Shown piece by piece: positions 18,429-27,470 of a stretch of 64,000 nt of DNA (position 1 is the first letter of the stretch; each line of letters opens with the position of its first letter). Position numbers and translations under genes: made by a program. Source of the DNA: Actinomycetota bacterium (lineage in GTDB: Bacteria > Actinomycetota > Actinomycetes > S36-B12 > UBA5976); assembly GCA_009885745.1 (NCBI GenBank), contig VFKC01000042.1, forward strand, positions 11,555 through 75,554, in the 5' to 3' direction. Below the pieces are notes generated by a model. It saw only the letters and a list, made by a program, of their open reading frames with translations, searched no databases and had not been told where the DNA came from.

Positions 18429-19205
18429 CTATTGACCATTTACTAAATAAAGGAAGGTAGCCGCATGATTTCTATTTCGGGCTCCAATTCGCTCATAAAG
18501 CTTTGATGTTTCAACCCGGATTGTTCCCAAACTCAAATGCATCATGTCGGCTAATTCCTGGTTGGTTAAACCATCAGCGATACCTTGCAAAATGACCTTT
18601 TGTCGCTCTGACAGACTTAATCCTGCGACATCTCGCACCTCGGTAATTCGGTGAGAGTTTTGCGGTGCAAAGCCATTATCTTTATGGTTCGGATCATTTA
18701 TCAGGCCAAATTGATGATAAATAAATTCGGCCGCTACCCGAAGAAACATCACCACATCATGTGAAATTAGTTTCTCCCTAGGAGCATGCGAACTAAAAAC
18801 CAAAAGCCCATCTCGATGATTTTTCTGACCCAGCGCCAGGCAAAAGGTGGAACCGAATTCTAAAACTGCATCCTTCAAAGCAGACCATTCTGGATGGAGC
18901 AGCAGTAACTCTACTAAATCTTCATCTTTACTAAGACTGTTGCTCCCAAGAATTTCCGGCATCATTGATATCACATCAGGTAACTCAAGAACTGCTTGAT
19001 AATCCTGATGTCCACAGCTTGCAACTAAATCCCAATTCATCTTTTGCGATAACGCAAAATAAGCAATGGAAATATCTAATTCGCGAATGAGCGGATGGCT
19101 CGAAGTCCAACGCAACAGGGGCGTTAGTGACATTCCAGTGTTTGGGACACGGAGCAACCCACGAACTTCATTTAAGAATTCTCTGTTCGTATCCTGTTCA
19201 TCCAT
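18429..19205 (-). CDS. LuxR-family transcriptional regulator (C-terminal GerE-type HTH, uncharacterised about 180-aa N-terminal sensor-like domain)
   Basis: C-terminus LSERQKVILQGIADGLTNQELADMMHLSLGTIRVETSKLYERIG matches the LuxR_C HTH pattern. ATG 19205 has a GGAAGG SD 6 nt upstream. Confidence 0.75.
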   Translation of the reverse strand: MDEQDTNREFLNEVRGLLRVPNTGMSLTPLLRWTSSHPLIRELDISIAYFALSQKMNWDLVASCGHQDYQAVLELPDVISMMPEILGSNSLSKDEDLVELLLLHPEWSALKDAVLEFGSTFCLALGQKNHRDGLLVFSSHAPREKLISHDVVMFLRVAAEFIYHQFGLINDPNHKDNGFAPQNSHRITEVRDVAGLSLSERQKVILQGIADGLTNQELADMMHLSLGTIRVETSKLYERIGARNRNHAATFLYLVNGQ

Positions 19206-19344
19206 CAAAATCCTTCCGCACCATAAGCAAAAATCAAATGAACTTTTGCGTGAATGATATTTTTATGATGATAACAACACTCTTTTAAACAACACAATAT
19301 AAAGACTTTATCTATCTGATGCTTACTGATTCCCAGATATCGCT

Positions 19345-19356
19345 AGTGCTAGCACT
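19345..19356. promoter_or_regulatory. perfect 12-bp palindrome AGTGCTAGCACT upstream of the LuxR gene
   Basis: Read directly. It lies in the AT-rich 217-bp gap between the ABC permease stop and the LuxR start. Operator role is speculative. Confidence 0.2.
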
Positions 19357-19425
19357 CATACATAAACAACAGGGTAGATTGCGCTTTCTGATGGTATTTT
19401 CGAGATCCTGAGAATACACGGGTTG

Positions 19426-20217
19426 TTAGTTGGTTACATCTCGCCTTTTGAAGAGCCCCGCGGCTGTCACCGAGCCAATAAATATGTAAAGCAAGGCAAT
19501 AGTAAGCGCCCTACTATACGAGTTATTCAGTGAACCACCCGTGGCTACTGCGCTCAATTGCATACCTGGAAGCCATTTATCAGCATTTTTTACAACAGCG
19601 CTTAGAAGATTTTCTACAATAAGCAACCAAATCACACCAATGGAAATAGCGGTGATTGGCGAGCGCAGAATTAATCCCAGAATCATTCCTAATGTTCCAA
19701 AACCTATAGTGGAAAGCAACGCATTTCCAAGAGCATGAGCTATTGCCAATTTGCCGTGCGATGACGTCCAAAGTGCGGTAGACACTTTTGCATCCGCTGC
19801 CAACGCAAATGATAAACCGATACTTACAACTGCTGAAGCCATGACAATAACAAAGGCAAAAATACTCATCGCTACATACTTGCCTAAAAGAATTCTCATT
19901 CGACTAGGTTCCCGAAGGAGTAGGTTGCGTAAAGTTCCGTATGTATATTCTTGCGCTGTTTGGGCGGCAAAGACACAAAGCGCAATTACCCCGAGTAACG
20001 TTGCAGCACTCTGAAAACTGTAAACAACTCCATTAGATAGCGAGAGTTGCTCTGCACTGACCCTGACACCCTCACGACCATTGCCAGACGGCGAATCGAT
20101 CAGTAAGTACAGCAAAGACGTTGTCAGCGCCGTCAAACCCATAGCGGCGAACAAAGTAGGTAAGGCTAATGTTGGGCGGCGCAGTTTGCGGGTTTCGGCT
20201 CTAAGAACTTTTATCAC
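19426..20217 (-). CDS. ABC-2 type transporter permease
   Basis: 263 aa with about 6 hydrophobic segments. EYTYGTLRNLL motif is typical of ABC-2 permeases. 4-nt overlap with the upstream ATPase gene. Confidence 0.8.
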   Translation of the reverse strand: MIKVLRAETRKLRRPTLALPTLFAAMGLTALTTSLLYLLIDSPSGNGREGVRVSAEQLSLSNGVVYSFQSAATLLGVIALCVFAAQTAQEYTYGTLRNLLLREPSRMRILLGKYVAMSIFAFVIVMASAVVSIGLSFALAADAKVSTALWTSSHGKLAIAHALGNALLSTIGFGTLGMILGLILRSPITAISIGVIWLLIVENLLSAVVKNADKWLPGMQLSAVATGGSLNNSYSRALTIALLYIFIGSVTAAGLFKRRDVTN

Positions 20218-21125
20218 GCTTGCCCCCCGGTCATATCGAAAAAAGTTTCTTCGAGTGTTGGCAGCACCGGTGTTAAAGATTGCAGAGTGATTCCAGCGGC
20301 GAAAGCTAATCGATTAATTTCGGAACTTAAATTTTCTGGAACTAAGACATGCAAAACACCATCTTTGATTTCGACAGTATGCCCTGCAGATTGGATTTCT
20401 TCCATAAGGCGGTCTGAATCAACCTCAAACTCTGGTTTAACTAAAATTTGTGATTGTTGAGCCTCGAGTAGATCAGAGATGAGCCCTGAGAAAATTACTT
20501 TACCTTCGCGCAACATAACGAGATATTCGCTGATCATCTCCAATTCGCTTAATAGGTGAGATGAAACAAAGACTGTAGTGCCGTTCTCGGCGAGTTCGCG
20601 TAACAATGTGCGAATTTCATGGATTCCTGCAGGGTCAAGACCGTTAGTGGGTTCATCCAAAATAAGTAATTTCGGATCCGGTAAAAGAGCTGCGGCAATG
20701 CCTAGCCGTTGCTTCATGCCTAAGGAATAATTCTTGAATTTGGAGTTTCCTCGACCAGTCAAGCCGACTGTATCGATTAATTCCATGACTCTGCTGCCTG
20801 GAAAGCCACCCAGTGTCGCCAAAACGTGTAGATTCTCTTCGCCAGAAAGTGCAGGATAAAACGCTGGGCCTTCAATCATGGCACCGACTTGCGCAAGGTA
20901 TTTTTCTGGGTTGTTGATCGAGTGCCCGAGTACAGTTGCAGACCCAAAAGTTGGCTTGATTAGGCCTAAGAGCATCCTGATTGTTGTAGTTTTGCCAGAG
21001 CCATTTGGTCCAACAAACCCACAAATTGTGCCAAGCGGGACTTCAAAAGTCGCATCTGAGACTGCAACTTGCTCATCATATTTTTTAGTCAAGTTGGAAA
21101 CCGAAATTGCTATTTCATACACCAC
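20214..21125 (-). CDS. ABC transporter ATP-binding protein (ABC-2/DrrA-like exporter subfamily)
   Basis: Walker A GPNGSGKTT, signature YSLGMKQRLG, Walker B LLILDEPTNGLD. Confidence 0.9.
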   Translation of the reverse strand: MVYEIAISVSNLTKKYDEQVAVSDATFEVPLGTICGFVGPNGSGKTTTIRMLLGLIKPTFGSATVLGHSINNPEKYLAQVGAMIEGPAFYPALSGEENLHVLATLGGFPGSRVMELIDTVGLTGRGNSKFKNYSLGMKQRLGIAAALLPDPKLLILDEPTNGLDPAGIHEIRTLLRELAENGTTVFVSSHLLSELEMISEYLVMLREGKVIFSGLISDLLEAQQSQILVKPEFEVDSDRLMEEIQSAGHTVEIKDGVLHVLVPENLSSEINRLAFAAGITLQSLTPVLPTLEETFFDMTGGQA

Positions 21126-21191
21126 TAATGCCTAACTCTTTTGCCCCGTCGCAAATTTGGAAACTGTTGATTTAGGAAACTCTTAACAAGA

Positions 21192-22415
21192 TTAAAGTTC
21201 GTCAATGATGTGGCGATTTGCCCGATCAAAAGTGAGATAGTTCCAGGTCCAATCAGCCATTGTGCCAATCTTGTTTCGGCCACCCAGCAAATAGAAAATG
21301 TGTAACCATAACCAAGCCAGCCAGGCCAAAGGGCCCGATAGCCTGAAGTTTTTCACTTGAACAACGGCCTTGTGCCGTCCAATTGTCGCCATTGAGCCCT
21401 TGTCACGATATACAAATTTCTGCGCTTGTTGACCAGAACCGATTGACTTAATCTGTTTTGCCACCCATTTACCCTGCTGTAATGCCACTGGAGCAACCAT
21501 CGGATACATTCGCCCTTCTTCATCAACCGCACCACCGACATCGCCAATTGCCCAGACGTTTGGATGTCCAGCGACTTGTAATGTGGAACCCACAACAATG
21601 CGTTCGCGATCGATTGGTAGATTCAAATTGTGAATAACTGGGGCTCCCTTGACGCCGGCTGCCCAAATCGTAATCGGTGAAGAAACTGTGGTGTCATCCC
21701 CCAAAACAATCTCACTGGAGCGTACTTCCTTAACCGCAGTATCGACCAAAACTTCTACTCCAAGTTTCTCAAGGTCTAATTTTGTGCGAGCTGAAAGCCT
21801 GGGATCAAACGAAGGTAAAATTCGTGGGCCTGCTTCAATTAAACGTATGTGCATTCTGGCAGCCACTTGTGGCTCGTCATTTTTTAATGGCCCTCTAATG
21901 AGTTCGGCGATGGCGCCAGCCATTTCCACACCCGTTGGTCCACCACCGACAACAGTCAACTCGCAAGTTGCTTCATCATCGATTCGGCATAATCTTTCAA
22001 ACTGACGCATCACAGTCGCCCGAATAGTTAAAGCTTCATGAACGCTCTTCATACCAAGGGTGTTCTCAGTTACTCCCGCAACACCAAAATCTGCCGTGGC
22101 CGAACCCAAAGCCACAATAAGGTGATCAAATCCAAGTACTTGACCACTGTCAAGAGTCACGGTTTGATTCGCATGATCTACCGAAACCGGCGAGCCCATG
22201 GAAAACTTAACACCAGTGCCCCGCAGTGCCCCTCGAATTGGGTAGGCCACGTGATCAGCTGCAAGTCCAGCGGTTGAAACCTGATATAACAGAGGCAAAA
22301 ACGTCTGAAAATTATGGCGATCAACGAGCATGACATCTGCATACTTATGCAGAGACTTAGCAGCTGTGAGGCCACCGAATCCAGCTCCAAGAATTACAAC
22401 ACGAGGCCTAGACAA
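21192..22415 (-). CDS. ndh: type II NADH dehydrogenase (NDH-2)
   Basis: 407 aa. Two dinucleotide folds (VVILGAGFGG, VVGGGPTGVE). TTG start with a GGAGGA SD. Confidence 0.85.
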   Translation of the reverse strand: MSRPRVVILGAGFGGLTAAKSLHKYADVMLVDRHNFQTFLPLLYQVSTAGLAADHVAYPIRGALRGTGVKFSMGSPVSVDHANQTVTLDSGQVLGFDHLIVALGSATADFGVAGVTENTLGMKSVHEALTIRATVMRQFERLCRIDDEATCELTVVGGGPTGVEMAGAIAELIRGPLKNDEPQVAARMHIRLIEAGPRILPSFDPRLSARTKLDLEKLGVEVLVDTAVKEVRSSEIVLGDDTTVSSPITIWAAGVKGAPVIHNLNLPIDRERIVVGSTLQVAGHPNVWAIGDVGGAVDEEGRMYPMVAPVALQQGKWVAKQIKSIGSGQQAQKFVYRDKGSMATIGRHKAVVQVKNFRLSGPLAWLAWLWLHIFYLLGGRNKIGTMADWTWNYLTFDRANRHIIDEL

Positions 22416-22523
22416 ACTGTTTCCTCCATTTAGTTACCTGTAAAGACTAGCGTTTATTAAGAATTTAGCACTATCTTGAGCATCTGAGTCGGTTTTGTGC
22501 TCGCTTGACCTAAGGTAGGGGCT

Positions 22524-23495
22524 ATGCAGGCACCGACGCGCACAAACATTGCTGGTCATCATGACTTAGTAAAACCAGTAATGAATCTCGGACCCACACT
22601 AATTCTGCCGGTGATTCTATTTTCTTTTGCTACTCAAACGACAGCTTTTTCACAGAAGATACCCGCATGGACTATTACATTCGCTGTGATTGCGTTGGCA
22701 CTAGGCACTCCACATGGAGCTGTCGATGACTTAGTACTCGCTAAGAAAACTCCAGCAACCACCTTGCTCAAATTGGCAATTATCTACACCTCTATTGCAG
22801 CTCTGTCAGCAAGCGCAATCTTATGGAAACCGGCAACTATGTTTCTTGGCGTTTTAGTAATGACTATCTGGCACTTTGGTACTGGTGACGTTCAAGCGGC
22901 TTCAGAATTACTTGGTCTAAAAGTAAGCAGTGGATTCAGATACTGGATACATGTGCTTGCTGCAGGCAGTGTCCCAGTGTTGTTGCCGCTAACCTCTCCA
23001 GCCGCAATTTCAACCCTACGTAGTATCCAGCCGAAATTAGCCCAGTCTTTTTCTTCGTATGCAACTAACAATGTTCGAATGGTTGTCCTTCTGATCGCCT
23101 TTGTGTCGCTAGTTTTTCACCTCCTTGGAAACAACATCAGAGGAGCAATCGAACTGAGCACTTTGATTGCGCTCGGCCTTGTGGTCGCTCCATTGCTAGC
23201 CTTTGCTACTTACTTCACTTTTTGGCACGCCACTAGACACACAGCCAGACTTGCATTTAGTGCGCATGGCCAAGTGACACGATTGTCAATGTCCAAGGTA
23301 TTCATCCACGGTTTACCCGCTTTAATGGCAATCAGTGCAGTCTTGATCTGGCTCCTGACAAGGGACTCCTTACTCTCATCAATTCACCAATGGCTTTGGC
23401 TAGGTCTGGCAATCACCTGGGGATTGACAGTGCCACACATGATTGCTGTTGCATACTTTGATCGTTCTTCACGAAAAGGGCTGAGGCGCTCATGA
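22524..23495 (+). CDS. blh: beta-carotene 15,15'-dioxygenase, Brp/Blh family (retinal synthase)
   Basis: Polytopic membrane protein carrying the family His motifs GTPHGAVD, IWHFGTGD, FWHATRH (H-x3-H) and TVPHMIAV. Start is uncertain; an in-frame ATG at 22581 is possible. Confidence 0.85.
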   Translation: MQAPTRTNIAGHHDLVKPVMNLGPTLILPVILFSFATQTTAFSQKIPAWTITFAVIALALGTPHGAVDDLVLAKKTPATTLLKLAIIYTSIAALSASAILWKPATMFLGVLVMTIWHFGTGDVQAASELLGLKVSSGFRYWIHVLAAGSVPVLLPLTSPAAISTLRSIQPKLAQSFSSYATNNVRMVVLLIAFVSLVFHLLGNNIRGAIELSTLIALGLVVAPLLAFATYFTFWHATRHTARLAFSAHGQVTRLSMSKVFIHGLPALMAISAVLIWLLTRDSLLSSIHQWLWLGLAITWGLTVPHMIAVAYFDRSSRKGLRRS

Positions 23496-23803
23496 TTAAG
23501 TCTGTTCTGATTCGTCAATTGTCACCTTTTGAACATGTCGTACTGCTGAAAATGTGCGCCGGACACTCAAATTTCGCAATCGCTAAGGAAACAGGTCGTT
23601 CGATAAAGGTGATTGAAAACACACTTAGTAGAAGTGCTCGTGCATTTGGCATAACCTCCCATTTCGATAGCAACATCCGAATTATTTTGGCGCTGGCCTA
23701 TCGGTGCAAATTTGGAGACGAAGCGGCCGTAAGTTTTGGGTATGAATGTGATTGTTCACAAATTGAGGTCAACCAAACCTGCACTTTAAAAGTCAGTGTC
23801 TAG
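23492..23803 (+). CDS. small stand-alone GerE/LuxR-type HTH protein with Cys-rich C-terminal tail
   Basis: 103 aa. LSPFEHVVLLKMCAGHSNFAIAKETGRSIKVIENTLSRSARAFGI fits the LuxR_C HTH pattern. ATGA overlap with the blh stop. Tail Cys at residues 72, 86, 88 and 97. Confidence 0.6.
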   Translation: MIKSVLIRQLSPFEHVVLLKMCAGHSNFAIAKETGRSIKVIENTLSRSARAFGITSHFDSNIRIILALAYRCKFGDEAAVSFGYECDCSQIEVNQTCTLKVSV

Positions 23804-23837
23804 TATTTTTAAAACAACATAAGCGCATTAAGCCCGA

Positions 23838-25328
23838 TTAGGGTGCAGTCTGAATTTCTTTCTGCTTATCTAACTTCTTAGCAGCTGCTGTGATATTACG
23901 AACCATTGAACCAAAAACAAAGCCATGAAATGGCCAAACTGAGAACCAATAAAGGTGTCCCAATAATCCCTTTGGATGATAAGTAGCACGTTGATGATAT
24001 TCAACTTCGCCATTCTGGTCATGACGAACTTCTAAGTCGAGCCAAGCAAGCCCAGGCATCTTCATTTCTGCCCGTAAACGCAGTAACTTCCCACGCTGAC
24101 ACTCTTCAACTCGCCAAAAGTCCACAATTTCGCCCACTAACAGGCTCTTTGGATTTCTGCGTCCCCTTCTAAGACCTGGCCCGCCGAAAATTCGATCAAT
24201 TAAACCCCGAGTTTCCCAGGCAAGTGGGAATGAGTACCAACCATTTTCCCCACCTACTGCCTCAATCACTTCCCAGAGCGACTCTGCTGTTGCACTTGCA
24301 CATGCCACGCGATCATCTGTGTAAAGAGAACCACCAGCCCAATCGGGGTCAGTAGGTAAAGGGTCACTTGGTGCACCTTCGACCGATGCTGAGGACCATC
24401 GAGATGTGACATTAGCCTGTTTGACTCTTTGCAGAGCCAACCCCACAGCCTGCTCAAAACTCAATAACCCCTCAGGCGGATCTGGAATGAACCGTTTAAT
24501 GTCATCCTCAATGCAAATAACTTCCGACTTCAAACTATCTACTAGTGGTCGCGCTATGTGTGCTGGTACAGGTGTCACTAGGCCGACCCAGCGACTGGAT
24601 AACTTCGGGGACAAAATATTAATGGGCAAAATAATACGACGACGTAAGCCAGCCACTTTTGCGTAACCCTGCATCATTTGCTCGTACGTCAATACATCAG
24701 GTCCGCCGATATCAAATGAACGATTGATCTCCTTGGGGATCTCAATTGCCTCAGTCAAATAGCGAAGTACATCTCGAATGGCAATCGGCTGGATCCTGGT
24801 CCGAACCCAACGTGGAGTAATCATTGCTGGCAAACGTTCAGTAATGTATCGCAACATCTCAAAGGACAAACTTCCAGAACCGATAATCACCGCGGCACCA
24901 AAGGCAATTGTGGACACACCAGAGTTGAGTAGAATTTCGCCAACTTCGGCGCGTGACCTCAAGTGAGCAGAAAGTTTCTCATCATTTTGCAAACCACCTA
25001 AATAGATGATCCGCGAAACGCCCTGATTCTTGGCAGCCTTGGCAAAAATATTGGCTGTATCGCGTTCAATCTTTTCAAAATCACCGCTACTTCCAATTGC
25101 GTGAATCAGGTAGTAGGCGGTACCAACACCTTCAAGCGCTTTGCTGACAGTCGCCTCATCTTCGGCATCTCCAGCGACGATGTCGACTTGATCACGCCAC
25201 GGATGTTGCGCCACACGCTCGGGATGGCGCACCAACACTCGTACTGAATACCCTTGTGCCAGTAGTCGCGGAACCAAACGTCCACCAACATAGCCAGTAG
25301 CTCCAGTTACCAGAATCAAATTACTCAT
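23838..25328 (-). CDS. NAD(P)-binding SDR/NmrA-like oxidoreductase fused to a C-terminal DUF2867-like domain
   Basis: N-terminus ILVTGATGYVGGRL Rossmann motif. 496 aa. The C-terminal domain assignment is from memory of this family architecture. Confidence 0.65.
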   Translation of the reverse strand: MSNLILVTGATGYVGGRLVPRLLAQGYSVRVLVRHPERVAQHPWRDQVDIVAGDAEDEATVSKALEGVGTAYYLIHAIGSSGDFEKIERDTANIFAKAAKNQGVSRIIYLGGLQNDEKLSAHLRSRAEVGEILLNSGVSTIAFGAAVIIGSGSLSFEMLRYITERLPAMITPRWVRTRIQPIAIRDVLRYLTEAIEIPKEINRSFDIGGPDVLTYEQMMQGYAKVAGLRRRIILPINILSPKLSSRWVGLVTPVPAHIARPLVDSLKSEVICIEDDIKRFIPDPPEGLLSFEQAVGLALQRVKQANVTSRWSSASVEGAPSDPLPTDPDWAGGSLYTDDRVACASATAESLWEVIEAVGGENGWYSFPLAWETRGLIDRIFGGPGLRRGRRNPKSLLVGEIVDFWRVEECQRGKLLRLRAEMKMPGLAWLDLEVRHDQNGEVEYHQRATYHPKGLLGHLYWFSVWPFHGFVFGSMVRNITAAAKKLDKQKEIQTAP

Positions 25329-25975
25329 AAGGCAATCTTGGTTGCTATTTGAAAATCTTTCTCGTCAATCGCGGAATCTTGCAAAACTGCTTTGTTGTCA
25401 ATTTTTAAACAGCGTCCCACCGAAATAAGTAACCAAATAATTTGACTAAAAATTAGTAGCCGTTCAAGTAATCCCATCCAATAACTGTCAGTCCACCATG
25501 CAGCTAAGAAAATAAGTCCCACTATCGCAAGCACCACTGTTGCGGTCCAAGCACCTTGTACAGTCAACATCCATGGAGCCTCATGGTGTTTACTTATCGA
25601 AAAAACCGGCCAAAGGCACAAAGAAATAAGCACTACCCCTGCCATGAATGTATGCCAGTTCGAATCAGCCAAAATGTGCGGCACCGGAAATGCGGCAACG
25701 CCGATGACGCCTAATCCGCCAAGACCAAGAACCATCCGACCCGGATTTGCGGCTGTTTTGAATCCATGCGCAGTTACTAGTTGGCATACACCGATAATCA
25801 AGATAACCACAGTCATCATGTTTCGAGTCGGTGCATCCCGAGCGGCTAGTGAACTCAGCGTTTGTTTCATTGGGCTAAAAGTTGTCCATGAGAATTGAGC
25901 ACTTACTAGCCCGGCTAATAGCACTATTGCAGCAATTAGAGTGGCATAAAATGCTTGGGGCTTTGATTCGGACAC
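25325..25975 (-). CDS. integral membrane protein (DUF998-like)
   Basis: 216 aa with about 6 hydrophobic helices. ATGA overlap with the downstream SDR gene. Family assignment is tentative. Confidence 0.5.
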   Translation of the reverse strand: MSESKPQAFYATLIAAIVLLAGLVSAQFSWTTFSPMKQTLSSLAARDAPTRNMMTVVILIIGVCQLVTAHGFKTAANPGRMVLGLGGLGVIGVAAFPVPHILADSNWHTFMAGVVLISLCLWPVFSISKHHEAPWMLTVQGAWTATVVLAIVGLIFLAAWWTDSYWMGLLERLLIFSQIIWLLISVGRCLKIDNKAVLQDSAIDEKDFQIATKIAL

Positions 25976-26084
25976 AACTCGATTCTAAACATATTTATGG
26001 GATAGCGCTTGTATGTAGGGCCACACAGTTACAGTGCTCTATTCTTAATCAATAAGGTAAAAACACAATAGGCGATAACTCATT

Positions 26085-26699
26085 TTGCAGAAAGACTTAC
26101 AGATGACTCAAAAAACCAGCCCTAAACAGGTAACCGCGGCTAGTGCGTGTTTTCTAGTTTCAGTTTGGATAGTCGCAATCGCAAGTATTCCAAGTGCAAG
26201 TAGTTATCGCGAACAGCTTGATGCAGGCAAAGCACCTAAAGATATCGTTACTCTTACGAACTCTTTATCCATAATCACATTAATTGCGTCTATTGGCGCT
26301 TTGTTTATGACGAGTCGGTGGCTTTTTGAACTTTACGACGCACAGGTTGCCGCAAAACCTGGCTCAATCCGATTATCCCGTCGGTGGATCATCTGGTCGT
26401 GGATTGTGCCAGTGGTCTCGCTTTGGTTTCCTAAATTAATTATTGATGACATGCTCAAGGACAAAGAAAAAAGCGGACATGTTGCAACTGAGCAAAAGGA
26501 AAAATCGCCCCTTAATGAAACGCGAACCTGGTGGTCTTGCTTCGTACTTTATAGCCTCATGTCGAACTTAAAAACTGTTTGGGTACTGCTACCAACTGCG
26601 GGTGAAGTGCCGATTCATCCCGAAATTGAACTTGCGAGCGCTTGCATTCTGACTGCGTCTTACACAGTGTGGGTTCGCATTGTTAATCGGCTTGGCTAA
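26085..26699 (+). CDS. membrane protein (DUF4328-like)
   Basis: 204 aa. The W-rich motif RRWIIWSWIVPVVSLWFPKLIIDDM resembles DUF4328. TTG 26085 or ATG 26103 start. Confidence 0.5.
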   Translation: MQKDLQMTQKTSPKQVTAASACFLVSVWIVAIASIPSASSYREQLDAGKAPKDIVTLTNSLSIITLIASIGALFMTSRWLFELYDAQVAAKPGSIRLSRRWIIWSWIVPVVSLWFPKLIIDDMLKDKEKSGHVATEQKEKSPLNETRTWWSCFVLYSLMSNLKTVWVLLPTAGEVPIHPEIELASACILTASYTVWVRIVNRLG

Positions 26700-26770
26700 C
26701 CGCGAAATTTTCTTGAAATCAAGTCTGCAACTTAGATGCGAATTCGCCCATACTCAACTACATTGAAATC

Positions 26771-27469
26771 ATGACAACTCACATCGGTGCTAACCGTGGC
26801 GACATAGCTGAAACAATTCTTTTGCCAGGAGACCCATTGCGCGCTCAGTGGATTGCCGAAAACTTCTTTGAGTCACCTGTTCGATACAACACCGTTCGCA
26901 ATATGTTTGGCTTCACCGGAATTTATAAGGGCAACCGTGTATCAGCACAAGGAACTGGCATGGGTGTGCCATCTCTTTCCATCTATGTAACCGAACTGTT
27001 CAAAGACTTTGATGTTCAAACTGCAATTCGTGTTGGTACATGCGGAGGCATAGGCAAAACAAAACTACGCGACATTGTTATTGCGATGGCCTCATCAACT
27101 GATTCGGGCATTAACCGTCGCATTACTGGTGGCTTAGATTACGCGCCTGTTGCTGATTACGAACTACTGGCTAGCGCAGTGGCAGCGGCTAAGGTGCACG
27201 GAGTTGACTACCATGTTGGTGGCATTGCAACAATGGACTTGTTCTATGACGAAAGTCGCGCTCTTGATGTTCTTGAATCACTCGGTGTACTAGCTGTTGA
27301 GATGGAGACAAGCGGCCTGTATCGACTTGCGGCGCAATACCAAAGGCGCGCTTTAACAATTTGCACAGTCAGCGACATGATTCGTACTCATGAAGTGACC
27401 ACTGCGCAAGAGCGCGAGACAGGCTTTAAGGCCATGATCGAAGTGGCCCTCGAAGCGGCCTTTGCCTGA
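26771..27469 (+). CDS. deoD: purine nucleoside phosphorylase, DeoD type
   Basis: LLPGDPLRAQWIAENF ... FTGIYKGNRVSAQGTGMGVPS ... RVGTCGG is collinear with E. coli DeoD. Confidence 0.9.
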   Translation: MTTHIGANRGDIAETILLPGDPLRAQWIAENFFESPVRYNTVRNMFGFTGIYKGNRVSAQGTGMGVPSLSIYVTELFKDFDVQTAIRVGTCGGIGKTKLRDIVIAMASSTDSGINRRITGGLDYAPVADYELLASAVAAAKVHGVDYHVGGIATMDLFYDESRALDVLESLGVLAVEMETSGLYRLAAQYQRRALTICTVSDMIRTHEVTTAQERETGFKAMIEVALEAAFA

Positions 27470-27470
27470 G

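Noticed and set aside
19308-19317. 10-mer TTATCTATCT shared between the LuxR upstream spacer and (as reverse complement) repeat copy 3 at 10384-10393.
   Set aside because: A single shared 10-mer in two AT-rich spacers within 128 kb of searched strand is close to chance expectation.
19310-19360. 15-codon mini-ORF (MSASTSDIWESVSIR, minus strand) next to the ABC-2 exporter, considered as a possible RiPP or peptide precursor.
   Set aside because: It has no SD and no leader/core organisation, and no modification enzymes are nearby. It overlaps the palindrome, which explains the local sequence better.
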